DNA of 62,695 nt, counting the filler. It is 8 parts of 8 records of this genome, joined end to end, with 100 filler letters (N's around TTAATTAATTAA, not from the genome) between each part and the next. Parts side by side here need not be neighbours in the genome. Positions count along the whole stretch, not along the records: positions 45,440 to 50,509 come from SRR31147125_22828; positions 50,610 to 56,387 come from SRR31147125_22883; positions 56,488 to 62,695 come from SRR31147125_22925; 5 more parts are not named here. The stretch is one strand, 5' to 3'. Every line of letters starts with the position of its first letter. The first letter of the stretch is position 1. The notes under the pieces were generated by a model, which ran no database searches, was not told where the DNA came from, and saw only the letters and a list, made by a program, of their open reading frames with translations. This document shows, in pieces, positions 48,194-58,226 of the stretch. A program made the position numbers and the translations under genes.

Positions 48194-50509
48194 TTAAAGC
48201 TCACCAAGATACAGCCTTTGAACCGCATCTCTTATTTCATCTTTTTTAACCATTACATAGCTTAGATGCATGGTTGGATACCGCTCTTCAATCGATCTGA
48301 TGTCTTCTTCCATGAAATCGTACGGCAAAGCAAAAGTCAGCGTATTTTGTTGTTTACTGACAGGCACAATAGTCCTTGCTTCAGCGTCCGAATATGGATA
48401 AATCTCTCCCAGATACGGATCGATAGTAAAGTTTCTCAGTCGTACAAATGACAAATAAAGTTCTTCGGAATAAACTCGAAGGAAATAATTTTCTTCACAA
48501 AAACCGTATTCAATCAACACTTCACCAAGTCTTCGCCTGGTCTCTTTTTGTTTTTCCAAAGCTCTTTGAAGAGTGTTCTCGCTAATCGCTCCAGCTTTAA
48601 TGAGTCTGTTGCCAAGCAACTGCCCTCGAACAACATCAGCATCTACCTTGCTGTAGCCCTCTTCCACAGCTTCAAGGATGTCCGATTCCGGTGCAATAAA
48701 CAGCTTGATTTCTTTTTCAAAATGATTCTCAAGCTGTTCCTGCATTCCTCGCCAACCCAAGTTGGCAACACCAAATACCATTTCTGTCTTGTTGTTTTTG
48801 ACTGGTACCGTTCTGTGAATTCTACAGAACACTTTCGGGAAGCTCTCCAAAAATTCGATATCGATATCAGTGGTGTTTATCCTCTTGAATCCGATACCGA
48901 GAGAAGTTTTGAAGTATTCATCCAAATGAGAATCCTCAATCGCTCCCATTCCGAGAAGTATTTCACCAAGAGGCTGTTTTTTAAGTTTCTGCTGATACAA
49001 AGCCTCTGATAGCTGATTCTCGTCGATGGCGTTTCTTTCCATCAACCAGAATCCCAGTTTCGGCAATGGAGAAGTCGGCTGTCCGGCAATCTGACCATAG
49101 GCACGCTTTCTGGAGAATTCAAGATCAGACTGATAAGTAATAACCATGCGCAAATTTCTGCCAAGTTGCGATTCGAGCAGCTTGATATCAGCATCTGTCA
49201 ATGGTTCTGCCGTTGCGACAACAAGATCACCATTATGATCTATCGCAACAGGCATAAGGTGATATTCCATCGCCAGATCTTCAGGTACGAGATAAAGAAC
49301 ATCCCTGTCGATTTCCAGAGGATCAAGCTCCTGCACCGACATTGAAAGCTGCTGAGCGTATAAAAGTGAAAATCCTACTTCGTCGATCAATCCCATATTT
49401 TTGAGCACATCACCAAGTTTCAGATTGTCACGTTTTTGTATTTCCAGAGCTTCTTCAAGCTGCTCTGGTTTTATTAGTCTGGCGCGAAGAGCTAGCTCAC
49501 CAATACGGTTTACGTATTCACGCATTTGTTCTTCAGTTAAATAGTTATGGTCTGTCTTTCCCCAGGCAGGAATTTGCTGATTAACGACATGCGTAACTCT
49601 CTTGCCGTTTTGTATGGTAACTTTCTTTTTCTTCTTTTCCTTTTTGGGAAGTACATATTTCCTGAAGACATAACCCAGGTATCTTTTCGTTGCGGATAAA
49701 GTCGCAAAGAAGTTGATAATGTTTGCCAAAAACAGCCCGATAAGCATGAAAGTTCTTAAGATGAAGTAGAATGCGTGCTTGATGCCGTAAACCTTCTGGA
49801 CTGCGTGGAACTTCTGCAAAAATCTCTCGACCATAATGACTGTATCGAAGAAAACAAGCCACCAGACATAAGATTCCGACGGGAAAATCCTTGAATAAGA
49901 CCAGTTATAGTCGATAAGAGCAACCATCATCAGTTTAACTATACAATAGATAAATACCGCATAACCGATGATGTTGATATAGTTCGTAACCAGTGCTTTA
50001 CGATCTCTGACAAGAGTGTATTTGGTAACGAAGTTACCTTCCCATCCTTTGGCAAAATCCTTTAGCAGGCTTTTTTCTTTACCGGGGAACATTGTTTGAT
50101 AGGTAATGCCCATGATCCATCTGGCTTTTTGTTTGATAGATGACATAACCGTATCGGGGAAATATTCCTTGGTGGCGATGAACTCGTCTATTTCCTGAGT
50201 CTTGTCCATTTTGCCTTCTTTGTATTTGAGCATCGTTACAGGCTCGACAACAAAGAACTGCTTTGCACCAAGGTTTTTTAGCTGAAGGCTGATTTCGTAG
50301 TCTTCAGTAAGATGAACATCATTGAATATTCCCTTTTTGGGATTTAGTTCTTCGAGCTTTTCAAGGTAAATCTGATTGATACCGGTTCCAACACCTGCCG
50401 AAGGAACCAAACCACGGATTTCACGGCGGACAATCATATCTTTTGTATGATGCTCGGCAAACTCTTCCATGTATGTTGCAGAAACGGCATAACGCATAAG
50501 GTTATCGAG
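48194..50509 (-). CDS. NfrB-like family 2 glycosyltransferase with three MshEN modules, 5'-truncated
   Basis: 'VPSAGVGT', 'LTEDYE', 'ATKEYFP', 'QKARWIMGI' (QxxRW), TM helices, 'WGKTDH'. MshEN-like motif pairs start near 49507, 49060 and 48619. Frame is open to the contig edge. Confidence 0.85.
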   Translation of the reverse strand, partial: LDNLMRYAVSATYMEEFAEHHTKDMIVRREIRGLVPSAGVGTGINQIYLEKLEELNPKKGIFNDVHLTEDYEISLQLKNLGAKQFFVVEPVTMLKYKEGKMDKTQEIDEFIATKEYFPDTVMSSIKQKARWIMGITYQTMFPGKEKSLLKDFAKGWEGNFVTKYTLVRDRKALVTNYINIIGYAVFIYCIVKLMMVALIDYNWSYSRIFPSESYVWWLVFFDTVIMVERFLQKFHAVQKVYGIKHAFYFILRTFMLIGLFLANIINFFATLSATKRYLGYVFRKYVLPKKEKKKKKVTIQNGKRVTHVVNQQIPAWGKTDHNYLTEEQMREYVNRIGELALRARLIKPEQLEEALEIQKRDNLKLGDVLKNMGLIDEVGFSLLYAQQLSMSVQELDPLEIDRDVLYLVPEDLAMEYHLMPVAIDHNGDLVVATAEPLTDADIKLLESQLGRNLRMVITYQSDLEFSRKRAYGQIAGQPTSPLPKLGFWLMERNAIDENQLSEALYQQKLKKQPLGEILLGMGAIEDSHLDEYFKTSLGIGFKRINTTDIDIEFLESFPKVFCRIHRTVPVKNNKTEMVFGVANLGWRGMQEQLENHFEKEIKLFIAPESDILEAVEEGYSKVDADVVRGQLLGNRLIKAGAISENTLQRALEKQKETRRRLGEVLIEYGFCEENYFLRVYSEELYLSFVRLRNFTIDPYLGEIYPYSDAEARTIVPVSKQQNTLTFALPYDFMEEDIRSIEERYPTMHLSYVMVKKDEIRDAVQRLYLGEL

Positions 50510-50609
50510 NNNNNNNNNNNNNNNNNNNNNNNNNNNNNNNNNNNNNNNNNNNNTTAATTAATTAANNNNNNNNNNNNNNNNNNNNNNNNNNNNNNNNNNN
50601 NNNNNNNNN
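50510..50609. other. Artificial contig spacer
   Basis: N-run / TTAATTAATTAA / N-run. Confidence 0.98.
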
Positions 50610-50776
50610 CCCCCCCTTTACTTGCCGAAATTTGACTTTTTAAGAAAGCATCAATCTTATTTTTCAATGAAACAAGATTTGGGTTATCTTGATTTCGAAA
50701 TGACCAAATGATCGAAAAATCCGCCCTCCCGAGCCGATATCAGCCTCAATAGGCATCCCTTTAGATAATTCCCATG

Positions 50777-51703
50777 TTAACTTCTTGGGTGAGATTTATC
50801 ATACACCTCCATCAATTTGTCAATGGTGACGTGGGTATAAACTTGTGTTGTCGAGAGATTGGCATGACCCAAAACTTCTTGAATTCCCCTGAGATCAGCA
50901 CCGGCATCCAGCATATGGGTGGCAAATGAATGGCGCAGCATATGGGGAGAGACGTGCATCCGAAGACTGCATTCCGACACGATTTTAGATAAAATCCGTC
51001 TCATGGAACCGGGGCTGAGGCGCGTTAATTGATAGTTGAGAAACAGGGGCTCATGACGGTGGGGCAGCATATGACGATATTGTAGAATGGCGGTTAATGA
51101 GCGCTCTCCCACCGGCACCATACGCTCTTTACTTCCTTTTCCAACAACCCGGATTAACTGCTTGTCAAAATCGATGTCACGAAAGTCAAGGGCCGCCATC
51201 TCTGAAACGCGAACCCCGGTGGAGTAGAATGTCTCGAAAACGGCAACATTTCGTTTCTCCAACAGGGTCGAGGCCGGCATGGAATCCAGCAGATAAAAGA
51301 GATCATCCACTGTCAGAAAGTCGGGGATATTCCGCTCAATTTTCGGGAAAGGCACCCCATCGGCCGGACTGATATCAATTTTTCCATGTCGTACCAAATA
51401 GTTGTAAAACGACTTCAAGCTGGAGAGTTTTCGGGCAATGGAACTTTTTTTCAAGTCGGACAAGGCCAACTGCGTCATGTAGTCTCGAACCACCTGTTTA
51501 GGATGGGATGAGATGCAGTTCAGCAAACCCGAATCAAAATTTTCAGAAAAAAACACCACGTTTTCAATGGGGAAAAACCGGGAAAACCGCTCTATTAAAA
51601 AATGAAAATAGCTTTCCAGGTCACTCCGGTAGGCTTTCAATGTATGGGATGAGTATCCCTTTTCAGCGTCCAAAAGATCCAGAAAATTTTTTAAAAGAGG
51701 CAT
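50777..51703 (-). CDS. xerC: Tyrosine recombinase XerC
   Basis: 'YSTGVRVSE', 'GKGSKER', 'SPHMLRHSFATHML..GADLRGIQEVLGHANLSTTQVYTH', C-terminal 'HPR'. Confidence 0.85.
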   Translation of the reverse strand: MPLLKNFLDLLDAEKGYSSHTLKAYRSDLESYFHFLIERFSRFFPIENVVFFSENFDSGLLNCISSHPKQVVRDYMTQLALSDLKKSSIARKLSSLKSFYNYLVRHGKIDISPADGVPFPKIERNIPDFLTVDDLFYLLDSMPASTLLEKRNVAVFETFYSTGVRVSEMAALDFRDIDFDKQLIRVVGKGSKERMVPVGERSLTAILQYRHMLPHRHEPLFLNYQLTRLSPGSMRRILSKIVSECSLRMHVSPHMLRHSFATHMLDAGADLRGIQEVLGHANLSTTQVYTHVTIDKLMEVYDKSHPRS

Positions 51704-52576
51704 TTAAAACCCTGCTTTGTAGAGCCCTGCTTTGGCCATGACTTGCTTCATATCGCTCCAGACATCTCTTTTCTTGTTCTGATTTTCAAAAAGCGTGGCC
51801 GGATGATGGGTCGGCATGACGGCAATATCGGGGGGAGATGCATTGCCCGGAAGCCGATACCGATGGAATTGCCCCCGGACGTGACTCAGTAGATATTCCC
51901 GTCCCAGAAGGACCTTCACGGCAGTGTCGCCAAGGGCGCATATAATTTGGGGAGGTGCCTGCAAAAGCAATTGATTCAATTCCGTTCCGACTTGAGCAAA
52001 CCTCTGTTGAGCCGCTGGAATCCCCCAGGCGTAATCTATTGGCTGAAACGTACAGAGACAGATGCGTTTACGACCCAAGTGCATGGCGGCAAGAATCTTG
52101 AGAAACAGCTCCCCGGTAGAAGAGGCATAAGGATCGACTTTTATGTTCCCCTCCGGATTTGAATCATCGACTGAATCCACAGACCAAGACTCGCCAAGAA
52201 ACATAATTTTCGATTGAACTGTGCCATCTATGGAAAGTACAGATTCTGAAGGCGGGATGACGGATAGATTTGCAGACGATGGCGGGGTCGGAATTGACGT
52301 TGAAGTTGATGGGAGTGAGTTACTTTTATTTAAAACAGAATTTGATTGAGAATTTTTTAAATTTTCAAGGGCTACGGTGTTGGATGCTTGACCTGCTTGC
52401 ACTTTCCCTTTGTGCCTCAATGTGTGTCGCAACGCTTTAAAATCTGAAGACGCCGAGGCAGATGGTGATAAATTGGGGACGTGACTTGTTATTGACTGTT
52501 TAAGTCCAAGCGTATCTATCCCCTCATCCCGATACCATGTCAGCAGTGCTGCCGTCTCCCTGATAATTTGAGGCAA
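51704..52576 (-). CDS. Uracil-DNA glycosylase family 4-like protein (divergent)
   Basis: 'IMFLGE', 'GELFLKIL', 'IICALG', 'MPTHHPATL', 'KRDVWSDM'. Lies directly after coaBC. Confidence 0.7.
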   Translation of the reverse strand: MPQIIRETAALLTWYRDEGIDTLGLKQSITSHVPNLSPSASASSDFKALRHTLRHKGKVQAGQASNTVALENLKNSQSNSVLNKSNSLPSTSTSIPTPPSSANLSVIPPSESVLSIDGTVQSKIMFLGESWSVDSVDDSNPEGNIKVDPYASSTGELFLKILAAMHLGRKRICLCTFQPIDYAWGIPAAQQRFAQVGTELNQLLLQAPPQIICALGDTAVKVLLGREYLLSHVRGQFHRYRLPGNASPPDIAVMPTHHPATLFENQNKKRDVWSDMKQVMAKAGLYKAGF

Positions 52577-52635
52577 CGGGTGACACTTCTCCCCCCGCCG
52601 GCCCCCTCACCATTATTGAATACCATGAGTTATCC

Positions 52636-53949
52636 TCACACAGAAGAGTGCCGAGACCTTTCAAGGATACGATCCAGAAGAGTGTGGGCCACCTCTTTTT
52701 TGGAGGTTAAGGGAAGATCTTCGGTGGTGCCGTCTTTAAAGAAAAATGTAACCTTGTTGGTGTCGGCCTCAAATCCGGAATTTTCAACACCCACAATGTT
52801 ACCGACAATCATGTCCAAATTCTTTTTCCGGATTTTTGCCAGCGCATTGGCATCCAGATTTTCCGTTTCAGCGGCAAATCCGGCAAGAAATTGATCTTTT
52901 TTTCTTTCTCCGGCCATTTTTAATATATCCGGATTTTCGATGAGATCCACAATAAGCCTTTCTGCAGGATCGGCTTTTGTCTTTGATGTTTCCGAATTAC
53001 TTTGCTCTTTTATATTTCCATTGTTCGGGTGCCTATCTTCGATCGACTGCGCGTTGTCTTTTTCTTCCTTGTTCTGCAGATCTTTCTTTATTTTATTCTC
53101 TTTGGGATCTGCCGGACGATAGTCGGCCACGGCAGCCACCTTGATGATGATATCTGTGTCGTCCATGGCACCCAAAACGGCATCGGCCATCTCATGGGCA
53201 CTTTGCACCTTTACCACTTCGACCCCCAAGGGCGGCTGAAGAGATACCGGACCGGAGACCAGCATCACTGCCGCCCCCCGTTTTTCAGCCGCTTCTGCAA
53301 TGGCGTATCCCATCTTTCCGGAAGAGTGATTGCTGATATACCGCACCGGGTCGATGGCTTCCCTGGTTGGTCCTGCCGTCATGAGGACTTTCTTTCCTTG
53401 GAGGTCCTTGGAATGAAAAAGGCGCTCCAGCCGATCGAAAATCACCTCCGGTTCCGGCAGACGTCCGGCACCACTGGTCTGACAGGCCAACTCTCCGCTA
53501 CCCGGCTCCAGGATGGTCATGCCGTCCTGCTCCAAGGTATCGAGATTCCGCTGAACCGCCCGGCTCTCGTACATGTAGGTATTCATTGAGGGACAGATCA
53601 TGATCGGGGATCTCACCGCCATCATCATGGTGGAAAGGGCGTCGTCCGCAATACCGCCGGCAAGCTTTCCGATGATGTTGGCTGTGGCAGGGGCAATCAC
53701 CACGGCGTCGGCCTCATTGGCCCAGTCGATGTGTCGAACCGATGCCTCATTGGAATTGAACAGCCCGGTGCAGACATCATTTTCAGAGAGCACCCGAAAC
53801 GTGGGCTCCCCCACAAATTCCAGTGCCGATGATGTCATTACCACCCTGACGTCGGCTCCGGCCTTTTTCATCAGACGAAGAAGAGAAACCGCCTTATAGG
53901 CGGCGATTCCGCCACACACCCCTAAAACAATACGCTTGTTTTTCCACAT
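52636..53949 (-). CDS. coaBC: Phosphopantothenoylcysteine decarboxylase/ligase
   Basis: 'GVCGGIAAYK', 'APATAN', 'PSMNTYM', 'TAGPTREAIDPVRYISNHSSGKMG', 'GFAAET'. Confidence 0.96.
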   Translation of the reverse strand: MWKNKRIVLGVCGGIAAYKAVSLLRLMKKAGADVRVVMTSSALEFVGEPTFRVLSENDVCTGLFNSNEASVRHIDWANEADAVVIAPATANIIGKLAGGIADDALSTMMMAVRSPIMICPSMNTYMYESRAVQRNLDTLEQDGMTILEPGSGELACQTSGAGRLPEPEVIFDRLERLFHSKDLQGKKVLMTAGPTREAIDPVRYISNHSSGKMGYAIAEAAEKRGAAVMLVSGPVSLQPPLGVEVVKVQSAHEMADAVLGAMDDTDIIIKVAAVADYRPADPKENKIKKDLQNKEEKDNAQSIEDRHPNNGNIKEQSNSETSKTKADPAERLIVDLIENPDILKMAGERKKDQFLAGFAAETENLDANALAKIRKKNLDMIVGNIVGVENSGFEADTNKVTFFFKDGTTEDLPLTSKKEVAHTLLDRILERSRHSSV

Positions 53950-53997
53950 ATTCCCATTTCCATAATCACAGTGACCACGAATTTTATTTTTCCCCCA

Positions 53998-54519
53998 TTA
54001 CTCAAACAAAGTGGTTTCCGTTTCCAGACCGGATCCGGGAACGGCTTCCGCGATGGATGGGGCCACACCAATCTCGACATAGGTATAAAACTCTTTTTCC
54101 CGCAACGTGATCACCGCCCATCTGGAGGATTTATGGAAAATCATGATGTTGGATGCCGGAGATTTGATTTGACTTACAATATCCCAGTTATCTTTTTGCA
54201 TATTGCTATTGAAAAAATTGAACAGCGAGTTGATCTCAATTCTTCCCTTGAGACTCAGAATGCCGGAGGTATATCCGGGGGTGCTGACCACCACTGTGGA
54301 ATCGTTGAGCACAGCAAGATCTTTTGGAACCAGGACATCATCAAAATCATAGTAAAGAGCCGTGGGTTCTTTAGGAACAACCGAAGAAAGTGTCTCTTTT
54401 GTGGTGGCATTATTACGATTAAACCCCTTTGAGCTACAGCCATTCAGGGATGCGATACACAAGGCTAGAACAAGAAAGAGCGTAGTTTTCCAACCAATCC
54501 GATTTACATTTTTTTTCAT
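53998..54519 (-). CDS. Hypothetical lipoprotein
   Basis: Lipobox LNGC; 'YYDFDDVLVP'. RBS-like GGAG upstream. Confidence 0.7.
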   Translation of the reverse strand: MKKNVNRIGWKTTLFLVLALCIASLNGCSSKGFNRNNATTKETLSSVVPKEPTALYYDFDDVLVPKDLAVLNDSTVVVSTPGYTSGILSLKGRIEINSLFNFFNSNMQKDNWDIVSQIKSPASNIMIFHKSSRWAVITLREKEFYTYVEIGVAPSIAEAVPGSGLETETTLFE

Positions 54520-54666
54520 GATATCTCCATACTAGGCTTTACTAAAAAAAGTTTTTCTAAAAAGGTTCACCGGGTCTTTTGAAACCGCCGGCAATCGACA
54601 TCAGTGACTCACACACTTTTTTTTCGACCCGTTTTTTATCATAACGGAGAAAAAGGTACAAAACAA

Positions 54667-56207
54667 TTAACCGTAAATCCGCTTCACTTCCTGCCGATCG
54701 ATCTCACCGCCGGATGTTTTCGGAAGATCATCAACAAATTCCACATATCCCGGCTTTTTATACCTGGCAATTCGGTCACCTACAAAGTCAATGAGCTCTT
54801 TTTCCATCAGGGTAGCCCCTTTTCGGGTTTCGCAGACGGCTTTCACTCCCTCACCGAATTTGGAATCCGGCACACCGATCACGCAGCACTTTTCCACATC
54901 GGGATGTGTCAATACGACGGCTTCCACCTCTGCAGGATAGACGTTCTCCCCTCCCGGTTTGATCAATTCCTTTTCCGGCTTTCTTCCTTCAAACCACAAA
55001 TACCCCGCCGCATCAAATCGCCCCACATCGCCGGTATGATGCCATCCGTTTCTAATGGTTCCCTGATCAAAGTTAATGGCAATCCAATCTTTGTTATCCC
55101 GTCTCATTTTGTCATTGTCGACACCCATCCAAAATCCCTGAAATACAATGGGACCTTTTACGCAGATCTCCCCACTGTCACCAATGGGAAGCTCTCGATC
55201 CTGCTCATCAAGAACGGCCACCCGTGATATGCAGCATGGACAACCCGCCGAACCCGGAACTTCCGAACTATCCGAAAGCGTCACAAAGCCGGAGGTTTCA
55301 CTCTGACCATATAAAATCCAAAATCGACTTCCCGTTTTCTCGGTAAATTGAAAAATATTGTCCGGGGAATCTATTCCCACGACATGCTTTAGCGTCTTCA
55401 GCATTGAAAAGACATCCAATTTTGTTGCCCGCTCCGTCAGAGTCGTTAAAATCGGAGGAAAACTGGCCATGAGCGTGACGCCTTCCGATTCAGTGATTGC
55501 AATGACCCCATCTGCATCGAATTTTTCCATCACAATATTTCGTCCCCCCATGTGCATGACAGTCAGGGCCAGATTCATTCCGGTGATATGAAACAACGGC
55601 ACCATATTTAAGTAAGCATCCTCTTTGCCAAGCCCCATGGTCAGTGCGGTTTGAATGTTGGAGGCAATGATATTGGCGTGGGAAAGCGCGGCTCCCCTGG
55701 GATTGCCTGAAACGGCAGCCGTATAAATCAAGCAAAATGTAGCGGTGTCACTGATGGGCTCCAACACCGCCTGTTGCTCACCTTTTTCTTCCATCCAGTT
55801 TTCCAAGGCAATGAGCTGTCCTTCAAATCCCTTATTTTGTTTCAAATTATCTGCCGATTCCGCTTGCGTTTTATCAAAAAAAGAAGAGATGCGCCTGAGT
55901 CTTCCAAAATGTAAGAGAGCTCGTCCAACGATAGACGCCAGTTGATGGGCACCAGGATGGCACCCAATGCAGCACATGCCCCGTAAAGCAGTAAATATTC
56001 CAAGGAGTTCATGGCAAGCACAGCCACACGATCCCCTTTTCCGATCCCTTGACGTGAGAGAAAGGCGGCAAAGACGTTAACCTCTTGGAAGTATGTACTG
56101 AATGTCAAGGTCACATCATTCCACACAACGGCTGTTGATTCCGGAAATAACAACGCATTACGCCTGATAATTTCATAAATGGTATATGAGTGGGCTGTCT
56201 GGTTCAT
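54667..56207 (-). CDS. AMP-binding acyl-CoA synthetase, split by a frameshift at T7 (55876-55882)
   Basis: N-terminal part 'GIGKGDRVAVLAMN...VPINWRL'; C-terminal part 'IYTAAVSGNPRGA', 'YGQSE', 'WHHTGD', 'IKPGGENVYPAEVE'. One extra T fuses them (SLLFFDKTQ). ATG 56207 has a GGGAG RBS. Confidence 0.87.
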
Positions 56208-56360
56208 ACATTCTCCCTTTAAAAAATTAAACGACACGCACAAAAGAACAGGATAAACAGAAACAAAGAAATCTGATAAAACTGAATATTGTGAGATAAC
56301 AAGGAGAAGAAAAGATGTCAACAATGACGGATTGAAAACAACCGGAAGGATTAAGGAAGG

Positions 56361-56387
56361 TGGAGCGGGAAACGGGATTTGAACCCG
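56361..56387 (-). tRNA. 3' end of a tRNA, probably tRNA-Gly (truncated at the contig edge)
   Basis: Minus strand CGGGTTCAAATCCCGTTTCCCGCTCCA gives a T-arm, the acceptor 3' strand and CCA. The anticodon is not visible. Confidence 0.8.
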
Positions 56388-56487
56388 NNNNNNNNNNNNN
56401 NNNNNNNNNNNNNNNNNNNNNNNNNNNNNNNTTAATTAATTAANNNNNNNNNNNNNNNNNNNNNNNNNNNNNNNNNNNNNNNNNNNN
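56388..56487. other. Artificial contig spacer
   Basis: N-run / TTAATTAATTAA / N-run. Confidence 0.98.
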
Positions 56488-56671
56488 GACTCATTCCTAA
56501 GGTGGTTGAAACACTCATTCAAGAACGGATGGGGCGGATGAATCGTCATATGTAAAAACTCTTCACTTCGCTCCAATGCGACTCTAAAGATTCCGAGATT
56601 TCCCCCATGAGTCAAATCGAGACATTCAAACTCTAACCCATTTATCAGGCCTTACAATTAAGAATAGGAAA

Positions 56672-58156
56672 ATGATGACCCCACTCACAGATCTCGATGA
56701 ATTCATTTCACTGGCTGACACCGGCAAGCTATTTGATAAGAGAACCAATTCTTACTTTAGCACGCTTCGAAGCAATCTTCGATTCGCTTTGCGAGAGCTT
56801 CTTTTCCATCAACGCCCTGAAACGGATCGGATGAGAGGCATTGCATCCATTTACGACCTGTTCAACCAAAGACAAGCGTGGTTCGAATCCCTTGCCCACG
56901 CCCACGCAAAATCTCAACCGGCTGATCCTTTCATTGTAAAACAGGCCGCACTTTTTTTGGCGATGCTTCCTTTTCCCGACCAGTGGCAATGGATTGAACA
57001 GGCCTCTTCACGTTATGATAATGACTCGGAAGTTCGCACTTTTTTGAATGATGAATCCAACCGAATTCAACGAAAAATTGATAAAAAAAAGAACAAATCA
57101 TTTCATTTGATCGATTTCTGTCAAATTCTCAAGCCTCCGGCCCTCCCCCACGAGAAAGGGGTGCTTCGAATATTCTCCATTCCCTATCTCTTTTTCTCCG
57201 TCCCGGAACTGTTGAAGCAGATCAGTCAACACTATTTTCTTTATGTGGAACCGGCTGCCGGTATCAACTTCCGTCATGAATGGCTGCGGGTATACACAAC
57301 GCTTGAGGATCCGGTGCTTTTCGGCCTCTCTTCTCCGGAAGATCGGAGCTTCATCGGCTCCCAAAAAGGTGTTCTCACAACAGCACTTGCCCATGGGGAT
57401 TATCTGATGCCGTTATCCGTCCCTTCTTTAAACACTCCCCATTCTCCACCGTTGCATCAAAAACGGTACGACATTATCTTCAATAACACCTTTGACGAAC
57501 GGGATCGAAAGCGACATGCATTGATGTTGGAACTCATGTATCATCCTCGATTAAAGGATTGCACAGTATTGTTTTTAGGAAGAGGATCCGAGAACAATGT
57601 TAAAGATTTCAAGCAGGAAATAGAAAAAAGGGGGATAACTGAGCGGACGGATGTCATCGCCAACATCAAGCGAAAAGAGGTACCGGGCTATCTTGCCCAA
57701 TGCAGGGTTGGGGTACACTTGGCGCTTCAGGAAAATGGATGCCGGGCCGTGTATGAATATCTTCGATCAGACATTCCATGCGTGATATCGAATGTGACTG
57801 CCGGAATGAATATGGAGATCATTACACCGGAAACCGGAGCGGTGGTTCGAGATGAAGCCCTTGCTGAAACCATTAGAGAAATGATCGACAAACAAAAAAG
57901 GGGAGAGCAATACCGACCGGCCGCATGGTTCGAAAAGCACTCTGGAGCGTTCCATTCCTCACAGGCACTGAACATGATCTTAAAGAAGCACTTTGAGGCA
58001 TTGGGATATTCATGGCAGCGGGATATCGTCCCCTTGACCAGCAGCGGTCTTGGAAGATATGCCGATAAATCGGATTATGATGCATTGCAGCCCCACTTCA
58101 ATGATCTAATGCAACTGTTTCTTCAGGAAAAGAATATGTCTATCACTTTGATGTGA
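56672..58156 (+). CDS. GT-B fold glycosyltransferase (GT4-like)
   Basis: 'RKRH..M', 'LFLGRG', 'ENGCRAVYEYL..DIPCV' (E-x7-E motif), 'ETGAVV'. Confidence 0.7.
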   Translation: MMTPLTDLDEFISLADTGKLFDKRTNSYFSTLRSNLRFALRELLFHQRPETDRMRGIASIYDLFNQRQAWFESLAHAHAKSQPADPFIVKQAALFLAMLPFPDQWQWIEQASSRYDNDSEVRTFLNDESNRIQRKIDKKKNKSFHLIDFCQILKPPALPHEKGVLRIFSIPYLFFSVPELLKQISQHYFLYVEPAAGINFRHEWLRVYTTLEDPVLFGLSSPEDRSFIGSQKGVLTTALAHGDYLMPLSVPSLNTPHSPPLHQKRYDIIFNNTFDERDRKRHALMLELMYHPRLKDCTVLFLGRGSENNVKDFKQEIEKRGITERTDVIANIKRKEVPGYLAQCRVGVHLALQENGCRAVYEYLRSDIPCVISNVTAGMNMEIITPETGAVVRDEALAETIREMIDKQKRGEQYRPAAWFEKHSGAFHSSQALNMILKKHFEALGYSWQRDIVPLTSSGLGRYADKSDYDALQPHFNDLMQLFLQEKNMSITLM

Positions 58157-58226
58157 TTTTTTTACGACTTTTACAGCTTCTCGGGTTTTCCGAGATTTGT
58201 TGTGACAAAAGGTTTTGCCATGGCCG

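Noticed and set aside
50777-51703. Tyrosine recombinase as a phage or island integrase
   Set aside because: Size, motifs (C-terminal HPR) and position in a housekeeping coaBC operon fit chromosomal XerC.
52960-53090. Polar low-complexity insertion in CoaBC as an intein or mobile insert
   Set aside because: About 40 aa, with no intein terminal residues or flanking repeats. Similar loop expansions occur in neighbouring proteins.
12747-56487. Seven recurring TTAATTAATTAA motifs as a biological repeat or CRISPR-like array
   Set aside because: Each is centred in an identical 100-nt N spacer and encodes stops in all frames. It is a contig-joining linker.
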